64,000 nt of DNA from Candidatus Bilamarchaeum sp. (GCA_035455205.1 DATIFM010000008.1:13146-77145); one strand, 5' to 3'; counted from the stretch's first letter, positions 28,319 to 37,025 are shown. The notes: generated by a model not told the origin, from the sequence alone. Program-made: numbers and translations.

Positions 28319-29266
28319 TCAGGAATCAGACTCGAGGCGGTGCAGTGTCGCCATCACTGCCGTAAAATCGTCTTCCACGGGGGATAACGCCCACCCGGAA
28401 GGGTCGATTTCATAGGGAGACTGCCATGACTCGATAACTGCAGAGTCTATAGCCCGGACAATTGCGGCCGTGCTTTGCCTGCCCCTGACGATTCCTGAAA
28501 GGTGCACGTTCCCGCTGCAGTCGGTGACGGCGTTGGTTGCCGGGTCGAGCAAGACCTTCAGGTTTTTCGTGAGGCCGTCCGTCGCGACGAGGACGCTTTC
28601 GCCGGGGGCGTTCATGATGCCCCCGTAGCCCATGACTTTGGACGCGTTGAACCGGAACAGGTCTACCGGGTTTGATACGAGGTTCCGGGTAGCGAGGTAT
28701 TCTTCGACGCTCATCTGGCTGACCGGCCTTTTCTTCGGGCCGTAGCGGTATTCGAGCACTCGCTCGGCAAATCCGTCCCGGATGCGGTATGCCGGCGAAT
28801 CCCCGGCTCCGGTAACATAAATTCCGCCGTCAGGGTATAGGATTGCAAGCGTTGCGGTTGTTCCCCCGGCCGCCCTCGCTTCACGGGGGAGGTCCATTGA
28901 CGAGAGGAGGTCAAAGCCCGGATAGAACAGGTTCCCCCGCATCCCGGACTTCAGGAGGCTGAGGAAAATATCCGCCATCTTCTCCGAGAGTATCGTTCCG
29001 GCATCCTTGTAGCCGTCGAAGGCGCCTATGGCGGCTATCCGCTCGCTTATGAAGACTATCGCCGCGTCCTGGCAGATGGGGGCATCATCCTTCTTCCTGA
29101 CTATTGCGGATATGGAAAGGCGCTCGGAAGAGTAGTCGAAGGTGGAGTCCTCGCTCCTGTCGGCTGCGAGCCTTGCACAGAGGATCGGGCCCTCTTCCCT
29201 GACTACCGCATTCTCGAAACGCATCTTCGGCCGGCCTTTTATATCAGGCCGGTGGATTAGCGTCAT
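28319..29266 (-). CDS. putative PP2C-type Ser/Thr protein phosphatase
   Basis: Degenerate PP2C motifs AIGAFDGYKDAG, ATDGLTKN, DDFTAV; weak assignment. Confidence 0.4.
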   Translation of the reverse strand: MTLIHRPDIKGRPKMRFENAVVREEGPILCARLAADRSEDSTFDYSSERLSISAIVRKKDDAPICQDAAIVFISERIAAIGAFDGYKDAGTILSEKMADIFLSLLKSGMRGNLFYPGFDLLSSMDLPREARAAGGTTATLAILYPDGGIYVTGAGDSPAYRIRDGFAERVLEYRYGPKKRPVSQMSVEEYLATRNLVSNPVDLFRFNASKVMGYGGIMNAPGESVLVATDGLTKNLKVLLDPATNAVTDCSGNVHLSGIVRGRQSTAAIVRAIDSAVIESWQSPYEIDPSGWALSPVEDDFTAVMATLHRLESDS

Positions 29267-29289
29267 AAAAATATACTAATTAGGACAGA

Positions 29290-30114
29290 TTATAAATGGC
29301 CTTCATCCGCGAGCGCGGCCATCTTGGCACGGGTTTCCTCGTCCGGAAGGGGTTCCTTTCCCGCCCCGGCGTTGTCGAGCATGTTTTTCCGGACTGAAGT
29401 GCCCGGAATCACGCAGGTCACTGCTGGATTGGATAGGATGTATTTGAGGAAGAACTGCGCCCAGCTCCTTATCCCGTAATCCCCGGCCCACCCAGGCAGG
29501 GGTTTGCCCCTCACTTTGCTGAAAAGCGCGCCCTGCCCGAAGGGCTGGTTGATAATGACTGCGACGTTGTTTTCCATGGCCGCGGGAAGGAGGGTTTTTT
29601 CGGCGTTTCTGCCCGTTATGGAGAGGTTGACCTGCAGGAAGTCGATTTTCTCCGAGCGGACTATCTTTTCGAGGGCCGGGTGAGCCGAGTCCACGTAATG
29701 GGTGATGCCGATATAGCGGATTTTCCCTTCCTTTTTCCATTGCCTGAGGGTTCCGAGGTGGGTTTCCCAGTCCAAAAGGTTGTGGATTTGCATCAGGTCC
29801 ATTGTTTTCCTGCGCATTTTGCGCAGAGATTCCTCCATCTGCCGGATTCCGCCCTGTTTTCCTGATGTCCAGACTTTCGTAGCGTAGAAGAATTTGTCGG
29901 AGAGGCCTGTTTCAGCAGTAAGCTCGCCCAGGACTTCCTCGGATTTCCCGTACATCGGCGAGGAGTCGATTACTTTCCCGCCGGTTTCCGCGAGCGTCCT
30001 TAGGACGTTTTTGAGAGGCTCCTTTTCCTTGCCCGTTACGTCGAACTGGAGCCACGAGCCGAGGCCGACTACCGGGATTTGCTCGCCGGACGAGGGGATT
30101 GGGCGCAAAAGCAT
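29290..30114 (-). CDS. aldo/keto reductase
   Basis: IPVVGLGSW, YGKSEEVLG, HYVDSAHP and C-terminal AKR segments. Confidence 0.85.
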   Translation of the reverse strand: MLLRPIPSSGEQIPVVGLGSWLQFDVTGKEKEPLKNVLRTLAETGGKVIDSSPMYGKSEEVLGELTAETGLSDKFFYATKVWTSGKQGGIRQMEESLRKMRRKTMDLMQIHNLLDWETHLGTLRQWKKEGKIRYIGITHYVDSAHPALEKIVRSEKIDFLQVNLSITGRNAEKTLLPAAMENNVAVIINQPFGQGALFSKVRGKPLPGWAGDYGIRSWAQFFLKYILSNPAVTCVIPGTSVRKNMLDNAGAGKEPLPDEETRAKMAALADEGHL

Positions 30115-30137
30115 GGATGGCTTTCGCGGGATTTCTT

Positions 30138-31052
30138 TTATAGCCTGCCCTCGGACTTCAGCCGTTTCAGCTCATCCGGAGGGACGCCGTAGTCGGCAGT
30201 ATCGACCGAATCCGGGATAGGGCCCCGCTTGTACCGCCAAAGCGGCGCGGTGTCCAGGCGGTAGAGGAATTTCCAGCCGGAATACGTCGGGGCGTAGTCT
30301 ATCCTCGTGCAGCCGCGGCTTTTGGCAAGCTTTATTTCCTCGGCCAGCACGACCTTCCGCGTATCCTTGTATCTTGAGTCCACGCCCCAGAGGCAGACGG
30401 ACATCGTTCGCCCGTAGAAGAAATACTGCAGTATCGATGCCGTTTCCCCGTCCTTTATGAGCGACCAGTATTCGGTGCGCGGGTCCCTGTCCAGGATGTC
30501 GTAGCAGGCCGAATCCCCCGGGTCCCCTGTAGCGAAGTCGGACTTCTCCCCGAAAACCAGTATGTTCAGCGCCGCCATCTCCTTCAGCGTCCCTTTTCTC
30601 ATGAACTCATAGCTTCCGAACTGCCTGCACGAGTTCCTGAAGTTCTTCTGGTGCTTGCCGGAGAACCGCTTGAGGTAGTCGTCTATGCCGTTTATGTTAG
30701 TGAGGTCTATGAAGAATTGAGGGCAAAGCCCTTCGAGGCAGCCGTCAAATCTTTCATCCAGGAAATCGAAATAGATGTTTTCCGGTATTTGTTTTGTTGT
30801 CTTCATGAATTCGGGGTCGAATGTGAGGTAGTTCTTCTCCGCGGTAGCCCCGCCCATTATGGAATAGTAGCCGCCCTCGGGCTCGAACTGGAGCGGGAAG
30901 AAGTTTTTCCCGTCATAAAGTATTAGGGGCTTGTAGCCGAATTCCCTGCACAGGGCCACCCTGATGTCCCAGTCGTCGGTCCAGACCTGTTTTTCCGGAA
31001 CGAACCTGTCCCAGACTGGCTTGGCTTCGTCTAATGAGATTTCACGCATCAA
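30138..31052 (-). CDS. hypothetical protein, possible FemAB/GNAT-fold acyltransferase
   Basis: C-terminal pattern ILQYFFYGRTMSVCLWGVDSRYKD...GCTRIDYAPTYSGWKFLYRL resembles the FemAB/CelD-like fold; low confidence. Confidence 0.35.
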   Translation of the reverse strand: MMREISLDEAKPVWDRFVPEKQVWTDDWDIRVALCREFGYKPLILYDGKNFFPLQFEPEGGYYSIMGGATAEKNYLTFDPEFMKTTKQIPENIYFDFLDERFDGCLEGLCPQFFIDLTNINGIDDYLKRFSGKHQKNFRNSCRQFGSYEFMRKGTLKEMAALNILVFGEKSDFATGDPGDSACYDILDRDPRTEYWSLIKDGETASILQYFFYGRTMSVCLWGVDSRYKDTRKVVLAEEIKLAKSRGCTRIDYAPTYSGWKFLYRLDTAPLWRYKRGPIPDSVDTADYGVPPDELKRLKSEGRL

Positions 31053-31118
31053 TTTTCCTTCCTCATCCGGGGTTTAAAGAATGCGCCCTGAGGGAAGAGA
31101 TTTAAAACAAAAGCGGGA

Positions 31119-31337
31119 ATGGATGTCAAAACCGAGGGTTTGACTATGGCAAAAAAAATCGTATGCGAGCTGTGTCAGAAGGAAATCACCGGCAAGCGCA
31201 ATTCCATCCTGATTGAGAGGGAGGGCGACCCGCAGAACGTGATAGAGGATTTGGATACCGTCTGCCAGGGCTGCAGCGAAAAGATACTCTTTTCCATCGA
31301 GAACCTGAGAAAGCCTGAGAAGAAATACCGGCGCTAG
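31119..31337 (+). CDS. small zinc-ribbon protein (72 aa)
   Basis: CELCQKE ... CQGCSEK. Confidence 0.4.
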   Translation: MDVKTEGLTMAKKIVCELCQKEITGKRNSILIEREGDPQNVIEDLDTVCQGCSEKILFSIENLRKPEKKYRR

Positions 31338-31846
31338 CGTTTCCGGTCCATTATGCCTTCGGTTTTCGGCATCTGCTTTTTGTCCGGGCGCTTCAGCGCG
31401 AGAACCCGGGCCAGCCCCTCAGGGAGCTTGGGCTCGGTGAGAATCTCCTCCTCTATCCATTTCAGGTGGAACAGCGCGAGGAATTCGGAGATGAGCGAGT
31501 CCATGCGGGAGGCCCGCCTTTCCGCCTTCACGGGCTCCAATGAGACGCGCTGGGGGGCGGCAGTGGGGCTTCCGGTAATAAGCACCCAGGAGTCCTGCGC
31601 CGATTCCATGCATTTCTTGCAAAGCCTTTTGCCGTTCAATACGTACACATGCCGGAGTTCCCTGCCGCACCGCTCGCATGTTTCGGAGTACGAGACTGGT
31701 CTGAGCCGCTCTCTTGGAGTTTTGTGGATGATGCGGCTCTCTTCGTCGCGCCTGTTCTGCTGGACGACATGCTCGAAGTAATCATAAGGGAGAGCCACGG
31801 AATGCTCCGTCTCCTGGCCATTTGTAAAATCAGAATTGTTGGCCAT
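31334..31846 (-). CDS. hypothetical protein with central zinc ribbon
   Basis: CERCGRE ... CKKCMES; 4-nt overlap with the convergent small gene. Confidence 0.4.
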   Translation of the reverse strand: MANNSDFTNGQETEHSVALPYDYFEHVVQQNRRDEESRIIHKTPRERLRPVSYSETCERCGRELRHVYVLNGKRLCKKCMESAQDSWVLITGSPTAAPQRVSLEPVKAERRASRMDSLISEFLALFHLKWIEEEILTEPKLPEGLARVLALKRPDKKQMPKTEGIMDRKR

Positions 31847-32001
31847 GCTCTCCCTCCCCTGTTGGTAATATGCAGGTTTGGGCTCTTAATAGGGAGCATT
31901 TCGGCGATGCGAAAGTTATCGAGGCAGCAAAGGGTTATTAACAGGGATTCGGTAGCTTTTTAGGGTGCGGTGCTCGAACACCTCACCTTCGAGGTGTCAA
32001 T

Positions 32002-32121
32002 ATGGCAAAAGCAAGCAGAGGCGGAAGGATGACCGCGGCTAAAAGGCGCGCGGCAAAGGGCAAGGGTGGAAAAGGCATGGTCAAAAACCGCCCGGCAGGA
32101 AAAAGAATCATGAGGACATAG
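32002..32121 (+). CDS. very small basic protein (39 aa; MAKASRGGRMTAAKRRAAKGKGGKGMVKNRPAGKRIMRT), possibly ribosomal-like
   Basis: Below the ORF-track length cut-off; strongly basic, typical of unannotated archaeal small ribosomal or nucleic-acid-binding proteins. Confidence 0.3.
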   Translation: MAKASRGGRMTAAKRRAAKGKGGKGMVKNRPAGKRIMRT

Positions 32122-32253
32122 TCTCATTGTAACCTTATTTTTTCTTTGATATTTTCAGTTTTGGCGCCCGCAACGAGGGAGCCGCAAGTAATACGGAAAG
32201 TAACCTTCAAAAAGGAAAGAAGCGCATTTAAACCTTTGCTGGGGGGTCTATCC

Positions 32254-32508
32254 ATGTCAAGGTACGTCGAAGTCGGAAGTCTGCTAGTCGCTTTGATCGT
32301 CCTCTTGCTGCTGATCATGTTCATCCAGAATCCGATCGCGCTGATAATCAACTCGATCATAGCGATCTTAATCATGTTCCTCCTCAACGCCATCTTCGGC
32401 CTGGGAATCCCAATCAACATAATCACCATCCTGATTGTGGCGATAGGCGGCATCGTAGGCCTCCTGCTGATAATCATATTGAGATTGATGAAGATAGCAT
32501 TCGTCTGA
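32254..32508 (+). CDS. BofA-like small membrane protein, paralog 1
   Basis: ALIINSIIAILIMFLLNAIFGLGIPINIITILIVAIGGIVGLLLII resembles the BofA (pro-sigma-K processing inhibitor) family signature GIPIN...GGIPG. Confidence 0.5.
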   Translation: MSRYVEVGSLLVALIVLLLLIMFIQNPIALIINSIIAILIMFLLNAIFGLGIPINIITILIVAIGGIVGLLLIIILRLMKIAFV

Positions 32509-32509
32509 G

Positions 32510-32761
32510 GTGAGCGTTGTGGCGTTTGGATTGTTCGGGTTGTTGATTGCGCTTCTGATAGTCTACCTGATATTCAGGTTCCTGAAGAACCCCATGTACA
32601 TTATAGTGAACTCGATAATGGGCATCGTGGTTTTCCTTATCCTGAACGTCTTCGGGATTGGCATACCGATAAACATCTTTTCAATCGGGATTGTTGCGCT
32701 AGGCGGCATCCCCGGTGTCCTGCTTGTCCTGCTCATCCATTTCCTCGGGCTCGGATTCTAG
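32510..32761 (+). CDS. BofA-like small membrane protein, paralog 2
   Basis: GTG start; IIVNSIMGIVVFLILNVFGIGIPINIFSIGIVALGGIPGVLLVLL. Confidence 0.5.
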   Translation: MSVVAFGLFGLLIALLIVYLIFRFLKNPMYIIVNSIMGIVVFLILNVFGIGIPINIFSIGIVALGGIPGVLLVLLIHFLGLGF

Positions 32762-32829
32762 CGCCAACCCGGAGGGGTTGGCCAAATAGAGGTCAGTGTC
32801 AACCCCAGCGGGGTTGACAAACTGACAGA

Positions 32830-33006
32830 TGCTCCTGCCGGGATTTGAACCCGGGTCCTCAGAGTTCTTCCGCCTTTTGGGAAAAGGCGGCCCAAAACTG
32901 ATTATTGGCGAACCCTCCGAGGGTTCGCAAACAGATAGTTTTTGGGCGCTTTTTCCAAAAAAGCGCTGAGAGTCTGATATCCTTGACCGGGCTAGACTAC
33001 AGGAGC
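32830..33006 (-). tRNA. tRNA-Glu (anticodon CUC, tentative) with a 102-nt intron in the anticodon loop (exons about 32967..33006 and 32830..32864)
   Basis: Sense strand GCTCCTGTAGTCTAGCCCGGTCAAGGATATCAGACTCTCA [intron] CTCTGAGGACCCGGGTTCAAATCCCGGCAGGAGCA. Acceptor stem 7 bp, T-arm CCGGG-TTCAAAT-CCCGG, anticodon stem TCAGA/TCTGA. The D-arm is irregular, so isotype and exact intron borders are tentative. TATA-like TTTAAAAA about 35 nt upstream. Confidence 0.65.
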
Positions 33007-33224
33007 TAATTAGCCGAGCTAATCTTGGGAATAAACGTTTTTAAACAAAGGTTATCCGCGCCCAAGGAGCTTCTTTATGCTCTCGGGCATCTTCCTGCAG
33101 GAGCAATTCTTCGCATGCCCCCGGTGCCACTTGATCCTCTGCTCCAATGTGGGGTTCTTCGGCATCTTGTTCTTCAAATGCCATTCGGCGTTCATGAGTA
33201 TAAGAGCGGGACAAAGAATAAATA

Positions 33225-34049
33225 TCAGACCCCGAACTTCCGGATGAAAGACAGCACGTCATCGCCCCATATGGACGGATTCATGCAAAACCCGCCATGG
33301 CCTTCCTCGGGGGTAGTCCCGTAAGGCGGGTATATCTTGGCCTCGGCCGGTTCATGCCCGCCCGAGAGCATCTCCGCCGAAAACACCTCCGTCGGTTCTG
33401 TGTGATAGTCGTTTTCTGCTTGCAGGAAGAAAACAGGCACAGTGGAATTAACCACAGCCTGTTTCAGGCGCTCCCGCAGGATTGTATTGCCCCAGGATTC
33501 CGAGTCGCCGGCAAAGTCCACTGCCGCCTTCAGCCCCAGATCGCGCTCGGCCGTGAAAAGGGTCTCGATGCCCCCGTAAGAGCATCCCATGACCGCTACC
33601 CGGTCAGGATAGACGAAGCTCAGGTTCTTCACATAGTATGCGGCAGCCTCAACGTCATCGGCCTGAGCGGCAAGCAGTTCAGTCTGGAGGGCGCTCCTTT
33701 CGCTTTGGCCCGCGGCAGCGGTCAGGTCGCCGATATAAGGGCCTTCGGATAATCCCTGTCCCCGGCGGTGGGGGACGAATGTGACATAGCCTCTCTGGGC
33801 GAAAAATGCCGCGACAGGCTCCTTCGGGCCCGGCATCTCTTCGCTCCCGTGATTATAGATGATGGCGGGGAAGGGGCCGGGGCCGGAGGGCACGAAAAGA
33901 TAGCCCTTGAGCTCGTATGGGCTTGCCGAGTAGGTGACTACCTGGACGGAATAATTCGCTTCTCCAGTCTGGTTTACGGACTGATTGGCCGGAGAAGTGA
34001 TTACGCAGCCGGCCATCAGGAGAACCGCGAATATTGCCAGGTACCTCAT
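33225..34049 (-). CDS. dienelactone hydrolase-family alpha/beta hydrolase, lipoprotein
   Basis: Signal peptide MRYLAIFAVLLMAGC (lipobox); nucleophile elbow GCSYGG; DLH-like layout. Confidence 0.6.
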   Translation of the reverse strand: MRYLAIFAVLLMAGCVITSPANQSVNQTGEANYSVQVVTYSASPYELKGYLFVPSGPGPFPAIIYNHGSEEMPGPKEPVAAFFAQRGYVTFVPHRRGQGLSEGPYIGDLTAAAGQSERSALQTELLAAQADDVEAAAYYVKNLSFVYPDRVAVMGCSYGGIETLFTAERDLGLKAAVDFAGDSESWGNTILRERLKQAVVNSTVPVFFLQAENDYHTEPTEVFSAEMLSGGHEPAEAKIYPPYGTTPEEGHGGFCMNPSIWGDDVLSFIRKFGV

Positions 34050-34071
34050 ATTTTCACCTGAATAAAAAAAA

Positions 34072-34371
34072 TTAATTAGGCCCGACAATCAGCTCGTCCG
34101 AAATCATGTCCGAATCGTCGTAGTTCTCGACCGAGAGGTCGTCCAAATCCACGAGAATCGAGCTGTTTCCGGATGACGGCTCATCCGGAGGAGGGATTAT
34201 CTCCTCGGGCATGACATCATCCTCCTTCTCCGAGCCGGTAGTCAGGTCCCTGTCGCCGATTTCGCCGGCTGGCTGGGCGGGGGAGGGAGTGGGGGACTTG
34301 TAGGTTCTCCCTCCCACGCAACCCAGCAGCAGCAGAAAGGCCAGGCCGGCAACGAACAAAGCCTTGTTCAT
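34072..34371 (-). CDS. small acidic lipoprotein (99 aa)
   Basis: MNKALFVAGLAFLLLLGC lipobox signal peptide; Asp/Glu/Pro-rich mature part. Confidence 0.45.
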   Translation of the reverse strand: MNKALFVAGLAFLLLLGCVGGRTYKSPTPSPAQPAGEIGDRDLTTGSEKEDDVMPEEIIPPPDEPSSGNSSILVDLDDLSVENYDDSDMISDELIVGPN

Positions 34372-35291
34372 TGGCCCGACCTCAGCGAAGTGACTATCTC
34401 GCGGAGCTTTGCCGCCGCATCCTTCAGGTCGTTCCAGAGGTTTTCGCCCTGGCTTGCCGAGTATTGCTCGTCCCCGACGGAGCCGAGGATGGAGTTCGCG
34501 TCGTCAAGGCTGTCCTGGGCCTCATCAACCTTGTCTCCAAGGCCTGCGGCCCTTGCACCGTCCGAAACGTAGTCGAGGATGCTTTGGAGCTTCTCGCCTC
34601 CGAATTTGGCGGCAAAGTGGAAGTTCTTTCCTCCGGGGCAGCCATCGAACAGGCAGTAGTTCAGGAGCGCGCTCCGGACTTCTGCCGGAGTGTCAGCCGA
34701 ATCTATCGCGGAGTGGAGCGGGTCGACAATCTCGTCTTTGGCATCGGATATAAGGGAACTGAGCCCCTCTGTGGAAACACCCTTGCCCGAAAGGTCGGAT
34801 GCCTGCTCCCCGGCAAGTTCAAGCGCCTTGTCGTATGCGTCGGCCTTCGCGTTCGCGAACCGCTTCATGCTCTCGAAGTTGCACGTGTCGTATTCAGAGC
34901 GCATCGAGTCGTATTCGGACTTAAGCTCGAGCCTCGTCTCGAGGGTGACATTGTGCCTCCCCCTTTCGGAAAGGATGGCCTGGACGCCCTCCCTCATGTC
35001 GGGCATATACGTCCCGATGATGAACGCCCTGAAGCCGGCGGCGTCGCCCGCGTCGGCGAGGTCCTGGAGCGAATCCAAATCGCCGTTCAGCTTGTCCACA
35101 GAATCCTGCAGATTCGTATTATCCGCATGGTCCATTATCGACCCCATGACGCCGGTCATGAAGTCCGTCTTGCATATAACATTGTCCATTGCAGCATCGA
35201 GCCCATCCCCCTTGATGTCATAGAAAGGGCCTTGCGAGAATGCAAACGGAACAAGCAGCAGTAGCATCACGTACTTGGTTTCCATATACAT
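34368..35291 (-). CDS. secreted hypothetical protein (about 307 aa)
   Basis: Signal peptide METKYVMLLLLVPFAFSQG; Asp/Ala-rich, predicted helical; no family motif. Confidence 0.4.
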   Translation of the reverse strand: MYMETKYVMLLLLVPFAFSQGPFYDIKGDGLDAAMDNVICKTDFMTGVMGSIMDHADNTNLQDSVDKLNGDLDSLQDLADAGDAAGFRAFIIGTYMPDMREGVQAILSERGRHNVTLETRLELKSEYDSMRSEYDTCNFESMKRFANAKADAYDKALELAGEQASDLSGKGVSTEGLSSLISDAKDEIVDPLHSAIDSADTPAEVRSALLNYCLFDGCPGGKNFHFAAKFGGEKLQSILDYVSDGARAAGLGDKVDEAQDSLDDANSILGSVGDEQYSASQGENLWNDLKDAAAKLREIVTSLRSGQ

Positions 35292-35399
35292 ACCTCCGCG
35301 CAAAGCGCGAACGATATGCACTTTTCGGAACGCAATATATACCTAGCGTGGAACGAGTGGAACAGGCCACCCCGATAGGGCAAAATGAGTGGGAAACAA

Positions 35400-36287
35400 T
35401 CACTGGCTGAGCATGTCAGTGAGTGTAATCAGGTTCCGGTTGCCTTTCTGCGACTTCTGGATGATTCCGCGGCTTTCGAGGGAGGCGAGGCGGCGGGACA
35501 GCGTCGCTTTCGCGATGTGGGTGTTCAGGTAGAGCGTCGCCTGCGTGGTCTTGCCCTTGTTCCGGTGGATTTCCCTAATTATCTCCTTGTCCACCTCGTC
35601 GAGGGTGAGGAAAACCTTGCTGGATTCGATTTCAGGCGGCGCCTGAGCGGGCGGAGCCGCAGGGGGAATCGGTTTTTTACGGACGAAATAGAATAGAGCG
35701 AGGATTGCGATTATTCCGCCGGCCACGAACAGGAGAGTGTAGTCGCCCCCGGTTCCAGCCAGTTCATAGCCCGCCTTCAGCCGGACGTTATGTTTGTTGT
35801 CCACCGAAGGGGCGCTCCAGCTCACGAGGAGGGAGCTCCCGGAATCCGAAACGTCGCCGTTCGTGCTCTTCAGGACCGCCCCGCGCGGGAGCGCGAGCGA
35901 TGCCGAGAAGGATGACAGGTTGACCGAGGAGCCCATCACGAGCTCGAAATTCCAGTCCGGGCCCTCCTTCTTGGTGTACGAATCCGAAACGACCTCGAAT
36001 TGCAGGTAGTCCAGGGGGACATTTGCGTGAATCAGGGTGTAGTTGCCGAAGCTCTCGGCTTCATGGTCGATAATGAGGCCGGTCTTGTCCTTCACGGTCA
36101 CGGATGAGGGTATCCCCGAAACGTTAAGGTAGACGTCTTTTCCTTCCATGCCCGGATATTCAGCGGAAACAGTAAGGGTTGCCGAGCCGGCCGAATCGAG
36201 CGTTGCGTCGGCAGTCATGCTGGCGCAAAACACGAGCTGGGATAGGAGAAGGATAAGGAATGAATAGCGGAAAGTGGAAATGGTCAT
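35400..36287 (-). CDS. membrane-anchored protein: extracytoplasmic N-terminal domain, single TM, cytoplasmic winged-helix DNA-binding domain
   Basis: N-terminal signal/TM LILLLSQLVFCAS; TM LLFVAGGIIAILALFYF; C-terminal KGKTTQATLYLNTHIAKATLSRRLASLESRGIIQKSQKGNRNLITL (MarR/TrmB-like wHTH). Confidence 0.5.
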   Translation of the reverse strand: MTISTFRYSFLILLLSQLVFCASMTADATLDSAGSATLTVSAEYPGMEGKDVYLNVSGIPSSVTVKDKTGLIIDHEAESFGNYTLIHANVPLDYLQFEVVSDSYTKKEGPDWNFELVMGSSVNLSSFSASLALPRGAVLKSTNGDVSDSGSSLLVSWSAPSVDNKHNVRLKAGYELAGTGGDYTLLFVAGGIIAILALFYFVRKKPIPPAAPPAQAPPEIESSKVFLTLDEVDKEIIREIHRNKGKTTQATLYLNTHIAKATLSRRLASLESRGIIQKSQKGNRNLITLTDMLSQ

Positions 36288-36964
36288 CTCCTGCGCTTCT
36301 TGGATTTCCGGGTTTTCGCCTTGGCTTTTCTTACGGTTTTTTTCGCTTTGACGGCGTGTTTTTTTACGGCCGTCTTTTTCTTCCGGACAGGCTTTTTCGC
36401 CTTTCGCTCAGGCGCTTTCGGGGATGACTCGGGCCTCGGCGAAAGGTGCGCCACTGCGTCGGAAGCGTGCGAGCGCACGCGGTGTATAAGCGAACTTACT
36501 ATGTTGTGGCCCTTGCTCGCCGAAAGGACGTAGGTGTCCGGGCTTTTGGATGAGTCGAAATGTGCCGGCTCGCCCATTACGGGCCTTTTCGGCATTTCCA
36601 GCGCGGTCTTTATCTGAATCTGGTCTATGGGCGCCTTTGCGGTGAACTTCGGCTCGAAGTTCAGGGCCGGCCGGGCGGCCTTCAGTTCGGGCTTCAATGG
36701 CGCCCGGAAGTCGAAGACGGACTGCCGGTGGGGAAGCGGGGAGAAGCCGGAGGAGCTGCGCATCACCTCGGGCATGAGGAGCTGGGCCTCGGGGTTCCTG
36801 CCATAGACTGAAATGAATTCCATCGCCGCGCTCCGGAGGGCCACCGGACCCTTGTCGGACGCCCATGACTTCAGTTCGCCCCATGCGGCGCGGGCCGGCA
36901 TCCCGCTCCTTGCTATCTGCCTTGCCTGCAGAGCCAAATCCCCCGGAGTATCTTTGGAAAGCAT
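36284..36964 (-). CDS. hypothetical protein with histone-H1-like Lys-rich C-terminal tail
   Basis: C-terminus KKPVRKKKTAVKKHAVKAKKTVRKAKAKTRKSKKRRR; 4-nt overlap with the downstream membrane wHTH gene. Confidence 0.45.
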   Translation of the reverse strand: MLSKDTPGDLALQARQIARSGMPARAAWGELKSWASDKGPVALRSAAMEFISVYGRNPEAQLLMPEVMRSSSGFSPLPHRQSVFDFRAPLKPELKAARPALNFEPKFTAKAPIDQIQIKTALEMPKRPVMGEPAHFDSSKSPDTYVLSASKGHNIVSSLIHRVRSHASDAVAHLSPRPESSPKAPERKAKKPVRKKKTAVKKHAVKAKKTVRKAKAKTRKSKKRRR

Positions 36965-37025
36965 GAAGAGTATAACTCCAAAAACCTTAATTTATCTATC
37001 TGTCTAGAGCTAATCAGGTGCGCTT

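Noticed and set aside
33025-33324. 99-aa plus-strand ORF immediately upstream of tRNA-Glu.
   Set aside because: Overlaps the tRNA promoter region and the 3' end of the dienelactone hydrolase gene on the other strand; no coding signal.
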